From assembly GCA_951406725.2 (NCBI GenBank), contig OX597821.1:18724001-18788000 (forward strand): a DNA stretch of 64,000 nt, in the 5' to 3' direction. Below, in pieces: positions 1-13,400 of the stretch (within the stretch, counting starts at the first letter, position 1; each line of letters opens with the position of its first letter). The notes below the pieces were generated by a model that was not told the origin of the DNA, searched no databases, and saw only the letters and a program-made list of their open reading frames with translations. Source of the stretch: Octopus vulgaris (lineage: Eukaryota). Position numbers and translations under genes: made by a program.

Positions 1-63
1 GCTATTAAAGAATTATCCAAAATTCTCCTTTTTCTTAATATAATACACACAAACATACATTCA

Positions 64-318
<255 letters not shown>

Positions 319-319
319 G

Positions 320-1243
320 CGAGGATGATCCGGATCTTGACTGAAGATTAGAGGCTTCGAATGACCCGTCCGTTTTTTTTGTGTCGTCTATTTGAATGTT
401 TTGCGTTCTTGTCCCATTTTGTATTTTCATATATATTTTTTATACATATATTATTGCGGCGTAGCGTATACCTTGTTCTCTTCTATGTATGTAAGCATTC
501 CACTACTTGTACGACTTCTACACACACTTTCTCTATACTTCACTGGTCTCTGTCTTTCTCTTTTCTAGCCTCTGATTCTTTGGTCTCCTCTTCCCCCACT
601 CTCTCACATTTCTCTGTCTTTCTCACTTTGCACCTCACTGACCCTGCCTTTCCGTTGTCCCGCCAATCCTTGGCACGCTCTCTTTCTTCTCCCCTCTTTA
701 ATTCCTTCTTTCTCTCTCTTCTCCCCCTCTTTGGTGCCTTTGTCCCTCTTTTTCTCTCTCTCTTTGATTCCTTTGCCCCTTTTTTTACTCTCTCTTCTCT
801 TCTCACGTGACCGCCGGTCAACTAGCCTTTCGGCTTCTGAGCACCGCCACGACAACATCGATTTCTTCGTCTGCCGTAAGGCATTATTTTCCAAATACGC
901 CAGCTAAGCTAAGTTGAACAGTCTAAATCGAAAGGCACCTGTTGTTTTTGTCCTGTTATTATTATTATTGTTTTTTGTATTTATATTCGTGTGGCATCGT
1001 CCGTTTTTCTGTCCTTGTTTCGTATACATTCGATCCTTTTTCCAAGAAATTTAATGCTCATAGCTTAGTTTTTCCTTGGGGCTGGCCGGATCGGAGCGAT
1101 CTCAAGATTAATCAGCCGAAATTATGAGGATGATCCGGTTCTTGATTGAAGATTAGAGGTTTCGAATGACCCGTCCGTTTTTTGTGTCGTCTATTTGAAT
1201 GTTTTGCGTTCTTGCCCCATTTTGTACTTTTATATATATTTTT

Positions 1244-1247
<4 letters not shown>
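320..1247. mobile_element. Non-coding element bounded by ~125-bp direct repeats (LTR/pLTR-like), unclassified
   Basis: 320-448 (gaggatgatccggatcttgactgaagattagagg...tatacat) recurs with few changes at 1126-1247; microsatellites on both sides; no credible ORF. Confidence 0.6.
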
Positions 1248-1307
<60 letters not shown>

Positions 1308-1394
1308 CATACATATACATATACATATATATTTATATATATATCTATACATGCGACGGGTTTCTTTCATTTTCCGTCTGACAATATGAATGTG

Positions 1395-1620
1395 TGTTTG
1401 CATTTGCGCTAGTGTTTGTCTCCCAACACTGCTTGACAACCTGTACAGGTTTGTTAACGTCCTCGTAATTTAACGGTTCGCTATATGAGTGCGATAGATT
1501 AAGTAACTAACTTTAGAAAAAAAAATACTGGGGTCGATTCGTTCGACTAAAGCAATTCAAGATGGTGTCCCAGGATGGTCGCATTACAATGACTGAAACA
1601 AGTAAAATATAAAAGATACA
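1395..1620 (+). mobile_element. SINE family A, 3' fragment
   Basis: Matches the 3' half of fuller copies (gcttgacaacc...ggggtcgatt...cgactaaag...gactgaaacaagtaaaa). Confidence 0.75.
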
Positions 1621-2190
1621 AATCATACTATAGCCGAATAAAAATATGGGATGGTCACGGCTAGAAGCGATAATCTGGTATTAAGCGAAAAGAATTATCA
1701 AAAACATAAGTATTTTCTCATCTAAAAGAATTCAATAATCTTATTTTACATTTTTAATTTAATTTGTCGAAACTGAGTATAAAATTCCTTAGAATTATTC
1801 AGACAATTTATTGATTGTTCTAAAGCGTATTGTTTCCTTGTATCTACGAAAGAATAAAATATTTTAATAATTCAATAGATTTTAAATATTTTAATTAAGG
1901 ATTTCGGTATTGGCAAAGGATTAGAACTGGATATACTCATTAAACCTTTCTCTACCCCAGTATTTTAATTATATATGTATGTGTACGTGTGTGCATGTGT
2001 ATGTATCTAGTTTTGTATGCATGTGAGCATACATGTATATATATGTGCATGTGTGTGCATGTGTGTGCGCGTGTTTGTGCATATATATTATATATGTATG
2101 ATTATATACATATGTATGTATGTATCTATATATACATATACATATACATACATACATACATACACACACAGACACACACAGACACACACA

Positions 2191-2230
<40 letters not shown>

Positions 2231-2290
2231 CACATATATATATATATATACATATATATTTTCATGCATATATACCTTTATACATATATG

Positions 2291-3115
2291 TAGGTTGCGG
2301 TGAATAAACTGCCTTCTAGATTACGCAAAAATGAAAATAACACTGACATCTCATTGTAACAAGATGTGTTTACCAAATTACATAAAAATATCTTATATTC
2401 AACAAAATCACCGTTGGCTTCATCCACGGCCACCAGATGTCTTCGGAATCTCCTGCAACTTTTCTGTTTAAGTTGCTGAATGCTACCATAATCTTTACCT
2501 TCAGTTCAGCTTTGGTGTTCCGAGGAGTTTTGTTGGTCCCTCGCTCAACTGCGGCCCATACATAATAATCAAGAGGGGTGAAGCCTGGAGAGTTTGGTGG
2601 CCAGATGTTAGGGGTGATGTGGTCGCAGAAATTGTCTGACAGCCATGATTGGGTTCTCCTACTTGCGTGGCATGGTACAAAGTCTTGTTGCCAGACAAAG
2701 TTCTTCCAACAGCCACCGTCTTGACTCCTCCAGGCGCTTGATTTAAGCCTCCACGTTGAGTCTGAGGCCGTGTGGGAAAATGAATGGTAGCATAAGGTCG
2801 CCATCACTAGTGATCACTCTAAACACCATAATGTTGACTGGATGTTTGAATTTAATCACTCTCGGTACATATCCTCAGATTGCACTGTCTTCAGATTGAC
2901 ACCCAAACAATCTGAAATGCTCCTATTGAAGCTTCCGGCGTGGATGCCAAGTAGCACAGCATGTCGTTTTCAAACTTCTGGCAGAATGAATTGCGTCATG
3001 GTGCTGTTTTTCTCACAGATGTTGCTCAACTGACTCTACTATACTGTGCAGTCAATAAAATTCAAAACAGACAATGCGCATGCGCGAAATTAAAAGTTTA
3101 CTCATCGCACCATTT
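2291..3115 (-). mobile_element. Tc1/mariner DD37D (maT-like) transposon, internally deleted
   Basis: ORF 2370-2807 has WQQD-x37-D (WQQDFVPCH...WPPNSPGFTPLDYYVW); degenerate TIRs (tgcggtgaataaact / agtttactcatcgca); homologous to 50442-51302. Confidence 0.88.
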
Positions 3116-3149
3116 ATATATACACACACAAACAAATATATATATATCC

Positions 3150-3277
<128 letters not shown>

Positions 3278-3655
3278 AAGGCGGCGAAACGGCAGAAACG
3301 TTAGTACGCCGGGCGAAATGCGTAGCCGTATTTCGTCTGCCGTTAAGTTCTGACTTCAAATTCCGCCGAGGTCGACTTTGCCTTTCATCCTTTCGGGGTC
3401 GATAAATTAAGTACTAGTTACGCACTGGGGTCGATATAATCCACTTAATCCGTCTGTCTGTCCTTGTTTGTCTTCTCTATGTTTAGCCCCTTGTGGGTAG
3501 AAAAGAAATAGGTATTTTGCTTACCGCTACGTTCTGAGTTCAAATTCCGCTGAGGTCAACTTTGCCTTTCATCCTTTCGGGGTCGATAAAATAAATACTA
3601 GTTGAACACTGGCGGTCGATGTAATCGACTTATCACTGTGGCAAAAAATTGAAAT
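3278..3655 (+). mobile_element. SINE family B (tRNA-like head, Deu/Nin-like core) with internal partial duplication
   Basis: aaggcggcgaaacggcagaaacgttag head, gagttcaaattcc B-box-like motif, core gcctttcatcctttcggggtcgataaa present twice; many copies in the window. The Deu/Nin resemblance is from recall. Confidence 0.85.
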
Positions 3656-3787
3656 AATGATGATAATAATATTTGTTATTGATATACACACACACACATA
3701 TATCTATATTTATATATGTATTTACATATATATTTATATACATATATATATATATATACTTATATATGTATTTACATATATATTACA

Positions 3788-3864
<77 letters not shown>

Positions 3865-4196
3865 TATATACAGTATGTGTGTGTGTGTGTGTGTTTAATA
3901 TATATAAATTTATATATATATATACACGAGCGAAAGAAGGGCACTCAACACATTTATTGGGAATTACATGTGGAGATGAAAACAATTTGATTCAGAATTA
4001 TTGGTACTCTGAGTTTCAAGCGTGTGGCTAGTCTTTGGCCTTTGGAGTCTGAATGAGTGAGTGCGCATGTGTGTACACGTGCACACTCACGGGTCCACAT
4101 GTACGCCCGCACATACACATCTGTGCGCATGTATACGGTGAGCAAATGCATATGCACGCTCATGCATATGCACATGCGCACGCACATATACACTCG

Positions 4197-5090
4197 CGTA
4201 GTCATACAAAACATAACTGGTCCCGGACTAGTTATGTTTAACAAAAAAATAACTTATTTACCTAAGTTCTAACATCATCTCCTTCGGAACAGTCACCTTG
4301 CACAGCAATTCACACCGGTCCCAGCATTTCTGCCACTTTTGGAATCCGGCCTGGAAGTCGTTTTCCGTTAGCGAGTCGAAGACCTTCTGCGATTCTCTCT
4401 GGACTTCGACAACGATGTTAAAACGGTGACCTTTGAACCGCATTTTCCTTATGCGGGAAGAGCTGGAAGTCCGCAGCTACTAAATCTGGCGAATAAGGCG
4501 GGTGCAGAAGCGATAACGCGTTGTTTTTGGCGAGAAACTCACGAATGAGAAGAGCTCGGTAACGTAGCCTATTCTTCGCGCTCTACAGATCCAGTCACTT
4601 TCGCAGAATGTGCCCCCTCAGACGCTTCGCAACGACGCAGGTCTGACCCGGGGGAAGAATTCTCCATGTACGATACATTTCCGGGGGTAATGCCCGTGGT
4701 AGGTCTTCCGAATTGCTCATCTTGTTCCAGGGACGTTTTTCGGCTTTTGAATCTCCCGTGCCACTCGAAACATTGCGTACGACCTATTGCCTTATCGCCG
4801 TTCGTTTGCAGAAGCATTCTCAATATTTCTGTATCGGACTTTCCAAGTTTATCCAAAAGTTCACGTTGGTTCTTTACTCCAACTTCTTGTCCATGTCAAA
4901 ATCGCAGACTACAGCATACACGTGTTCACAAAAAAACACAAATTTCAGAGCTTGCGAAGTAAACACTGTGATCTCATTCGGCACACTGCCTCATGAAGAC
5001 CACTGCTAGCTCTCAAAGCACCCGCAACTGTGGGCTGCTATCAATTGGTGCACTACAGAACTAGTCCGGGAACTTTTTCATACCACCTTA
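4197..5090 (-). mobile_element. mariner-like transposon, internally deleted
   Basis: N-terminal HTH region (LGKSDTEILRMLLQTNGDKAIGRTQCFEWHGRFKSRKTSLEQDEQFGRP) and C-terminus (KGHRFNIVVEVQRESQKVFDSLTENDFQAGFQKWQKCWDRC); inverted ends share cccggactagtt. Confidence 0.88.
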
Positions 5091-5559
5091 TTTCTCAAAT
5101 CAAAACCTGCCCTCTAAAAATGGGACCTCTAAAGGATGGTCACCAACAAAAAACAAAAAGATGAAACGACAACGTTACATAACAGTGACAATAATTGAAG
5201 CCGCCAACACCAACAAGAGCAACAAACCTAGGACAACATCAAGGTAACAACAGTAAGCACAACAACAACTACAGCAACAGCTGCAATAACAACAACAATG
5301 ATAACTGTTAGAATGAGAGCATTCTAGAAAATACCCGCAACGATCATAATTACAATATGGACAATAATAACCTCAACGGCAAAAGCAAGAAAACTGTGGT
5401 TGTATAAACAAGAACTATAACTCGAAAACCACGGAAACGCATGCATGATAATAAGTTGCAGCACCTTCCTTCACCACCTGCTCTTGCACCGGCTGCTTCT
5501 CCTGCCTCTCCTTCCACACCTGTTCCTGCTGCTGCACCTCATCCAGCCCCTCTTCCGCC

Positions 5560-6132
5560 TTCTCTTTCTTCTTCTTCTTCTTCTTCTTCTTCTTCTTCTT
5601 CTTCTTCTTCTTCTTCTTCTTCTTCTTCTTCTTCTTCTTTCCTTCCTTCCTTCCTTCTAGTCCTCCACTCCTCTGCCTCCTCCTCCTTCTCCTCCTTCTC
5701 CTCCTCCTCCCCTCCTCTCCTTCTCCTCTCCCCTCCTCTCCTTCTCCTTCTCCCCTCCTCTCCTTCTCCTTCTCCCCTCCTCTCCTTCTCCTCTCCTTCT
5801 CCCTCCCTTTTTGTCCTCCTTTCCTCTACCTCCTCCTCTCCTCTTCCTCCGCGCTACTATTATAATCATCCTTACTACCATCATCCCTACAACCAATCCT
5901 CATCACTTACATCATCATCATCAAAATCATCATCATCATTGTCATCATTGCAATCTCCTCCCCAACCGCCGTCGTCGTCGCCGCCACCACACCACTATCG
6001 CCTTCATCATTACCATCATCATTAATATTCTTGATGAATGTGATCATAATGATCTTCAACATCATAACTGCGATGATAACGATGATGATGATGATGATGA
6101 TGGTGATGATAATGATGATCATCATCATTTCT
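5560..6132. repeat. Low-complexity (TTC)n / CT-rich / (CAT)n-(GAT)n tract
   Basis: Direct; source of the spurious Ser/Pro/His ORFs. Confidence 0.9.
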
Positions 6133-6427
6133 AATCACATGGCCGACAGTAACTTTCCTTTTATCAACAACAAACGATCACATGAAAAAAATTACGACTG
6201 ACGTAATATATTAAAATGAAGCAATGAAAAGATACGCGAAAAATAGTGACAGCATAATTCGGTATAAAATATAACTATTTCTGTCCATAATGTCCTTTCA
6301 TAGATCTTGCAAATAAATATGAAAAATACGGAAGACATATATATATATATATATATACATATACTTATATATGTATACACACATATATATATTTATAAAT
6401 ATGTATATATGTATAAATACGTATATA

Positions 6428-6479
<52 letters not shown>

Positions 6480-6582
6480 CATTCATATATAGATATGTAT
6501 ACGTATATACATTTATATATATATATATACTCATATATGTATATAACTATACATCCAAGTATATATATATACACACATATAT

Positions 6583-6640
<58 letters not shown>

Positions 6641-7119
6641 GTAAATGTATTATGAAACCAGCTTAAGCGTTTCACTGCTATTAAATTTCCTCGCATTTTA
6701 TGTCGCACATTTTCCTCTTTGATATTGACAATAACATAGTAAACAAAATTGAAAATATTTCTATGGCAGACAGACAAAGAGTAGAATGGAGAACACATAT
6801 CATTATATATTATATATATTAGTGATGCAACTGACCGCTAGATCCTTTCATCCATCACGAAATAAGAGAGTTAAAGGGAGATGGTTAGAGTAAATTTTAT
6901 TCTGTTTCTCCATCTGTTTAAATTGATATATTCTGTTTTCTCATTTTAGGTTGTGAATTGTGCGGTTTGAAAATGAATGACATTCGATTATTTGAAATTT
7001 CATCTTTGAACAAAATGCTGTTTTTTTTTTTACTTGCTGTTTGGCCTCAAAGTAATTCTGATGTGGCAGACCCATAATTCTTTCTCCTAAAAACATAAGG
7101 TGTGAAATTTTGAGAGAGT

Positions 7120-7275
7120 GTTATGGTCGATTACATTGGTCCTAGTGCTCAACTGGTACTTATTTTATCGACCCCTAAGTATGAAAGGCAAAATCGGTCA
7201 TGACGGAATTTTAACCCAGAACGTAATGAGCCGGAAGAAATGTTGCTAAGCTTTTTGTCCGATGTGCTAACGATG
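7120..7275 (-). mobile_element. SINE family B, diverged
   Basis: Reverse complement of the core (ggtacttattttatcgacccc...gaaaggcaaa) and head (ctgccagctcg). Confidence 0.7.
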
Positions 7276-8639
7276 CTGCCAGCTCGTCTCCTTGAGGGAA
7301 CCTATGATTAAAGACAGTCAAAATATGAATCAGGTAATTAAATCGGCGGTCAATTATTTGAGTTTTTAGAACGTCGGATAAATTGCTTTATATTAGTCGT
7401 TCCTGTGATCGGAGTTCAAATTTCACCGTGTTCGAATTTTCCTTCCATCATTTCTTGTCGATAAATACAATTTAATGCTTGGCATATATGTATTAAAGAG
7501 TTGTGTAAGCAATATGTATGTTATGATATGTCTGTACAGGATTATGTGTCATACATGATCTAACAGCATACGGCAGTTAAGATGTGCATAACAAATTTAT
7601 ACAATATTATGACATATCTCTACATCACATAAGTGACGATGGCAAATCTAATCCATCCTGTTTGATACGACCACCAAGTGCTTGGATATTTTTCCTGTCT
7701 GGAGATAACTTCCTCCCTACCTCTGTCCCACCAGTTTAATTGACAGTGAAAATTGTAAAGGCTGGTGATCTTCCTCCACTGACTGGACCATTAAAAACAA
7801 AACAGAACAGAGAATTGAGACGTATCTCGTATGGTATGATATCTCCGATATGTTATACAAAAACGTAATAGTCTTTATCACATAATTTCTTTAAATAGTC
7901 ACACTTCACATACATTAAATTTGTAGGTCAGACAATAATAGCAGAAGGTGAAGTACCTCAGAAAAACTTTCTGCATATTAAGTGCAAATATAGTCGTGAC
8001 AAATATGGACAAATTATTCATGTAATTAGTACTAAAAGCTCTCTCTAGAAGTATATAAATGTAAAATGATAAACAACGAAGATACACAACTTCATTAAAA
8101 TCAGTCAAGTGAAACTTTAAAGAAAATAAAGGAAATTAAATATTTTAGACAACAACTCGTTAAAAAAACTTGTTTCGCTATTTTTAAACGTCTTCAGAGA
8201 AGCATACTCTACTGTGATGGCGAGATTATAAGTGCTCAATAAAATCAATCATTAAATATAGAATTTCAGTTAATGGATTTTTATTGGAGTTATCTCGCTT
8301 GCAATTTGTTTCAAGATTTTAAAATTCCAATAAAGAAATATTTTGTTTACTACTCGCATGAATAACCCCAGTCAATCGTAAATTTTCTTTTTCAACTCAG
8401 CAGATCTGCGCATTACATAATCGGGTTTGTCTCGTATTTGTATTTGTAATACAAAATTGCCACTGAAATATTTTCCTGTTCACTATTGTCGATATTCATA
8501 ATTTACTCCATTACTTTCACTATAGTTCTCCCTATACATACATACATACATACATACATACATACATACATACATACATACATGCACACATACATACATA
8601 CATACATACATACATAAATACATATATACATACATACAT

Positions 8640-9062
8640 ATATATTAAAAGGCAAGTTGTCTGTCTGTGTGTTGTGTGAACCACTTCTATTCTTACAATT
8701 TTCAACCGAATTTCGCCAAATTTGACATGTGTGTTCACTTTGACTTAAGAAGCGTTTTGTTATAATTTTTTCTTCGAAATTCCGCTCCTCCAACATAAAT
8801 AGACTACTCTCAATTCGCATAGCATCTAAACCCACTACGTATGTGCAAAAGTAAGCGTACAACTTTCGGCGCTTCTTTAGAAGCGCACCTCTCCTAGTAA
8901 ATGACGCCAAATTTCTAAAACAAAAATTATGAAAACGAGAAATATATCCAAAATAAATGAAGTAGGCAAAAAATTACGAAGATTCATCTATTTTTAAATA
9001 AAACACGGAAAACTCGCGAATATAAACAAACATGTCGGACGATACAAGGGGCGGTAACTTGT
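8640..9062 (+). mobile_element. Probable non-autonomous Helitron-like element, decayed
   Basis: 5' atattaaaaggcaagttgtctgtctgtg...tcaaccgaatttcgccaaatttgaca resembles 44044-44170; ends are degenerate. Confidence 0.45.
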
Positions 9063-9292
9063 ATCAGATATTATTAATGATATGAAGGGCCCCACCACAG
9101 CGTTTGCAAATTCTTGATTGTTTTTAATCAGATTTTTTACTGCGCACACTGGTAAGGGTTAGTGTAGCACGCGCTGCTACCAAGTAACAGCTATTCGTAA
9201 ATAACTGTTCAGTGGTAGCAGGACGTGTTAGAAATACCAGCCAAATCGGTTAATGTTTACAAGTACACCTGCACGTCAACCCCCACCACTTT

Positions 9293-9379
<87 letters not shown>

Positions 9380-9723
9380 TAAAATGAGATAGGGTTGAAA
9401 ATTCAACCCACCATGGGATAACATATATCCAATATACTGCTAGAGAGGTACCCAACAAGACTAATACATAGATGTTAAAAATTGCCAAGCAATTAGTTCA
9501 TCTACTGTATTATATGGGCAAAGGTAAAAATATTACCGTAAATTAATACTACAAAATTAGAAAATGGAGAAACATACTTAAATCAATAAAACATCAACCA
9601 TCAGATGATACCCAATCAATACTTTATTACACCATTACATAACAGTAAAGGCATTATACAAAATATATTGTAAATATAAATAGACAAGGAAATAGAAATA
9701 TAAAATATAAAATATAATATGTA

Positions 9724-9860
9724 ATTATATCATATCTGACAGCTGTTTCGGCAGTAAGGGCAATCATGCCTCATTTAACCTATAAGCCATAAAGGCAGGT
9801 ATAAATGAGACATTAACAAGGATGCCCCACGGCCTCTTCAGAGAATTTAATTTATTATAA
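9724..9860 (-). ncRNA. Type I hammerhead ribozyme with long stem II, in a Penelope pLTR-like segment (~9375-9900)
   Basis: Minus strand: CUGAAGA (9841-9835), stem II GGC...GCC enclosing ~80 nt, GAAAC-AGCU-GUC (9749-9738) with palindromic stem III ACAGCUGU, stem I UCU/AGA plus AAUUAUA/UAUAAUU. Confidence 0.75.
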
Positions 9861-10852
9861 TTGTGAAAAAAATTTTTTATCCATATACATATAAATATAA
9901 AAATGTAAAATATAAAAACTTGTGCATAAACTCCATATTGCTACACACACATATATATACTCATTGATACAATAATGCAAGATAAACAAAACAAAATAAA
10001 ACAAAATATATATCAGTATATATATTAATATTAATAAGCACAGTTATTTTACATATTTGGCTAATAGTTCTAAAAACTAACACATAGGAAAATATATGCG
10101 CACTACTATTTAAATTAAAATCAGACCTATACCTGAAAAGTAATAAAAAACCATAGTTCAGTTCATAAAATTATAAACCTTTAAAAGTCAATAAAAATTA
10201 CTATTAATATTAATAATAATAATAATAATAGATACAGTTATGTCTGCACCAAGTACATCCTTCCAAAATCGACATATCTATGAGTTTGGTTATTCCGTCC
10301 GCTTGATATTGATTATTCTAGATTAATTCGATTGGCTTATAGTTTGAAATTTGAATCACAAAAGAAATTTTACGGTTAGTTAGTCAAGAAACGCACATAC
10401 GCACACATACATCCACAGATCAATCGCACATACATACATAATAATATGTATACACACACACATACACTTATACACATACATATCCACAAACAACTTCTAG
10501 CACATAGATAAATAAATAAGAGAGGAATAATCCCAACTATGCAGCCATCAAGTCCCTCGAAATTACAACCATGCCTCAAAAATAATAAAATAGATCCACT
10601 CACATATTTCCATAAAATATTTGTTTTAAAGATACATATATTTATATATCACGATATCGGATGTTATTTCACTAGGTACCCTCAGTATTTAACACCGGTT
10701 TTTTCTATAGTCAACATAACGGTTACTGATTACACCGTAATTAGCTATAATCGCATGTACGCTAAGTTATAAAGTATAGATTAATTTTTATATTATAAAT
10801 ATATATCTTTCTTTTTTTTTATATTTTTGTTTTATAAATATATATCTATATA

Positions 10853-10906
<54 letters not shown>

Positions 10907-10907
<1 letters not shown>

Positions 10908-11170
10908 TATAGCCTCTGTCCCACCAAAGTCTTGTGAGTAGATTTCGTACACGGAAACTGAAAGAGCACTGTGGAATATACGTGTATATTAGTGTGTGCG
11001 TGTGTGCGCGCGCGCGCGTGTTTGTGCCCCCACCATTGCTTTACAACCGATGTTGCTGTGTTTACATACCTATAACTTAGCGGTTCGGCAAAAGACACTG
11101 GTAGAATAATTACTAGGTGGTGCTCCAGCATGACCTCAGTCACATGACTGAAACAAGTAAAACAATGAAA
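10907..11170 (+). mobile_element. SINE family A, 5'-truncated and internally deleted
   Basis: ccaccaaagtcttgtgagtagattt...acggaaactgaaag...cttagcggttcggcaaaag...gactgaaacaagtaa. Confidence 0.8.
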
Positions 11171-11358
11171 AACTATGGCATTTTAATCCCGATCAAGGCC
11201 GGGTAACTTGTTAGAATATATCAAAACAAGGGAAGAAACCATTGCTAAATGTCCGCAATCTAGTAAATAAATGTACATACATCGAAACCAGATACGGCCG
11301 TACTGCATTGAATGAAAATATCGTCTACATAATATATATGTATGTGTGTGTATATATG

Positions 11359-11392
<34 letters not shown>

Positions 11393-11399
11393 CATATAC

Positions 11400-11441
<42 letters not shown>

Positions 11442-11448
11442 GTATATG

Positions 11449-11532
<84 letters not shown>

Positions 11533-11537
11533 CATAT

Positions 11538-11604
11538 AGGCGCAGGAGTGGCTGTGTGGTAAGTAGCTTGCTTACCAACCACATGGTTCCGGGTTCAGTC
11601 CCAC
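11538..11604 (+). mobile_element. SINE family A, tRNA-like head only
   Basis: aggcgcaggagtggctgtgtggtaagtagcttgc...gggttcagtcccac between (TA)n tracts. Confidence 0.8.
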
Positions 11605-11644
11605 CTAATATATATATATGTTAGATATACATATATACACACAC

Positions 11645-11686
<42 letters not shown>

Positions 11687-11773
11687 TTCTTGTTCACATA
11701 AAATCTATATATATGTTAAGTAAACGATAATATTTTGAAAACAAATTGCTAAACTTTTAATTTCATTTAGCTA

Positions 11774-11811
<38 letters not shown>

Positions 11812-12021
11812 TTTGAAACTGATAAAGTACATACAATCTGCGATAAAATTCAGTTTTGTTTTGATTATAATGCCAGCACCTTTCAGAGCAAAATCTATGA
11901 AGGCTGCCCGCATATGCTTTACTGCCTCTGACTGTCACTAACATCACTCCGTATGTTGTTTTGCCCTCCTTTCCTCCAAGAGTGACTGACAGAAAATTGT
12001 TACGTTTTATTATATGTAAAA

Positions 12022-12425
12022 CTAGCAGTATCGCTCGGCGTTGCTCGGGTTTGTAAGGGAAATAACTATATAAGCATTTTTAGAGATGTAAAGTATAATA
12101 GTCATCTCAATATGGCGACCACAAAGGTGGGGGGGGGGTTGTTACTGTAGCTTTTTACGTTCTGAGATTTAATAATATATTTTTAGAGAGTTACTTCCCT
12201 TATATAATAGGAAAAAAATGCATTAAAAATGGGAAAAAATGATGGTAATTTTTTTTTTAATTGTAGACTCATCGTAGACGCGTGCTAATACCCAGAAGGG
12301 CTCGATATGAATCACGACTATAAGATACCCGCTTTTGGTTGCACTGCACCGCAAAATGTGGGAGTAGTTAGGAATCTAAATCGTAGGAGACAGACAGCAC
12401 ACAACCTCACTTTTATATATAAAGA
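12022..12425 (-). mobile_element. Non-autonomous Helitron (~400 bp)
   Basis: On minus strand: A|TC start, subterminal GC-rich hairpin, CTAG|T end; closely related to 20452-20848 and 37494-37887. Confidence 0.88.
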
Positions 12426-12924
12426 TATTTCTTCTTAGCGTTGTTTTTGTAAGCGTTCGTGTACTGGAAATATTTCTCTAGTTCACTTTGAAATTAACTA
12501 ATTTTGGATTGCCTTGAAAACTTTGGAAACTTTGGAATATTAATATTAAACTTTAGAAATATTAATTTCAATATTTTCAGCATCTAAATATGTTAATATG
12601 ATATATAAATATGTTATTAGAACAGAAACAATTATCTGCTTTATTGGGTGAATTCTAAAATTAAAGATGTGATTTTCTCTAAATGTATTTTACCTGTCTA
12701 ATACTCTGAATTTCTCGAAATTCTTTTAAAAGATACTTAGATTTACTTATACATGGGAACTTACCTTAACTGATTTTATCTCTGAAGCTTTGCATGTTTT
12801 CAAATTCTAGATTTCCTGTAGAGATATTGCTTACTTATTGTGTAGGTAATCTCAAATAATTGAAGTTTTCCAACCCGTTATATTACAAGGGCAAATCCCT
12901 ACTGTATCTGTATTATTACAAAGT

Positions 12925-13400
12925 AGGGCAGCGAGCTGACAGAATCGTCAGTACGCCGGACAAAAATACCTAGCGGCATTTTTATCCGTCTTTACGTTTT
13001 GAGTGTGGAGGCGCGTGGCTAAGTGGTTAGGGTGTTGAACTCATGATCGTAAGGTTGTGGTTTCGATTCCTGGACCGGGCGAAGCGTTGTGTTCTTGAGC
13101 AAAACATTTCATTTCACGTTGCTCCAGTCCACTAAGCTGGCAAAAATGAGTAATTCTGCGGCGGACCGGCGTCCCGTCCAGGTGGGGAATTTCTACGCCA
13201 CTGAAACCAGGAAACCGGACCTTATGAGTCTGGCATGGCTCGAGATTTATTTATTTACGTTTTGAGTTCAATTGTCACTGAGGTCGACTTTGTCATTTAG
13301 ACTTTCGGTGTCGATGAGCACAAGTTGAGCACTAGGAACGATGGAGTCGACCAGCTCACTTCCTCTAAGTTTAAGGTCTTGTGCCTATAACAGAACGAAT
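12925..13400 (+). mobile_element. SINE family B, interrupted by SINE family C
   Basis: Head at 12925-13004, core resumes at 13268. Confidence 0.75.
13005..13253 (+). mobile_element. tRNA-derived SINE family C with 14-bp TSD
   Basis: A-box tggctaagtgg, B-box gtttcgattcc, (TTTA)n tail; TSD tttacgttttgagt at 12991-13004 and 13254-13267. Confidence 0.88.

Noticed and set aside
1098-1170. Possible hammerhead in the direct-repeat element (ctcaaga...ccgaaa; tgaaga...cgaa)
   Set aside because: No consistent core with stems II and III could be assembled.
5441-6025. 194-aa Pro/Ser/His-rich protein
   Set aside because: Built from simple repeats.
13005-13080. tRNA gene
   Set aside because: It is the head of a SINE, with body, tail and TSD; no complete cloverleaf.
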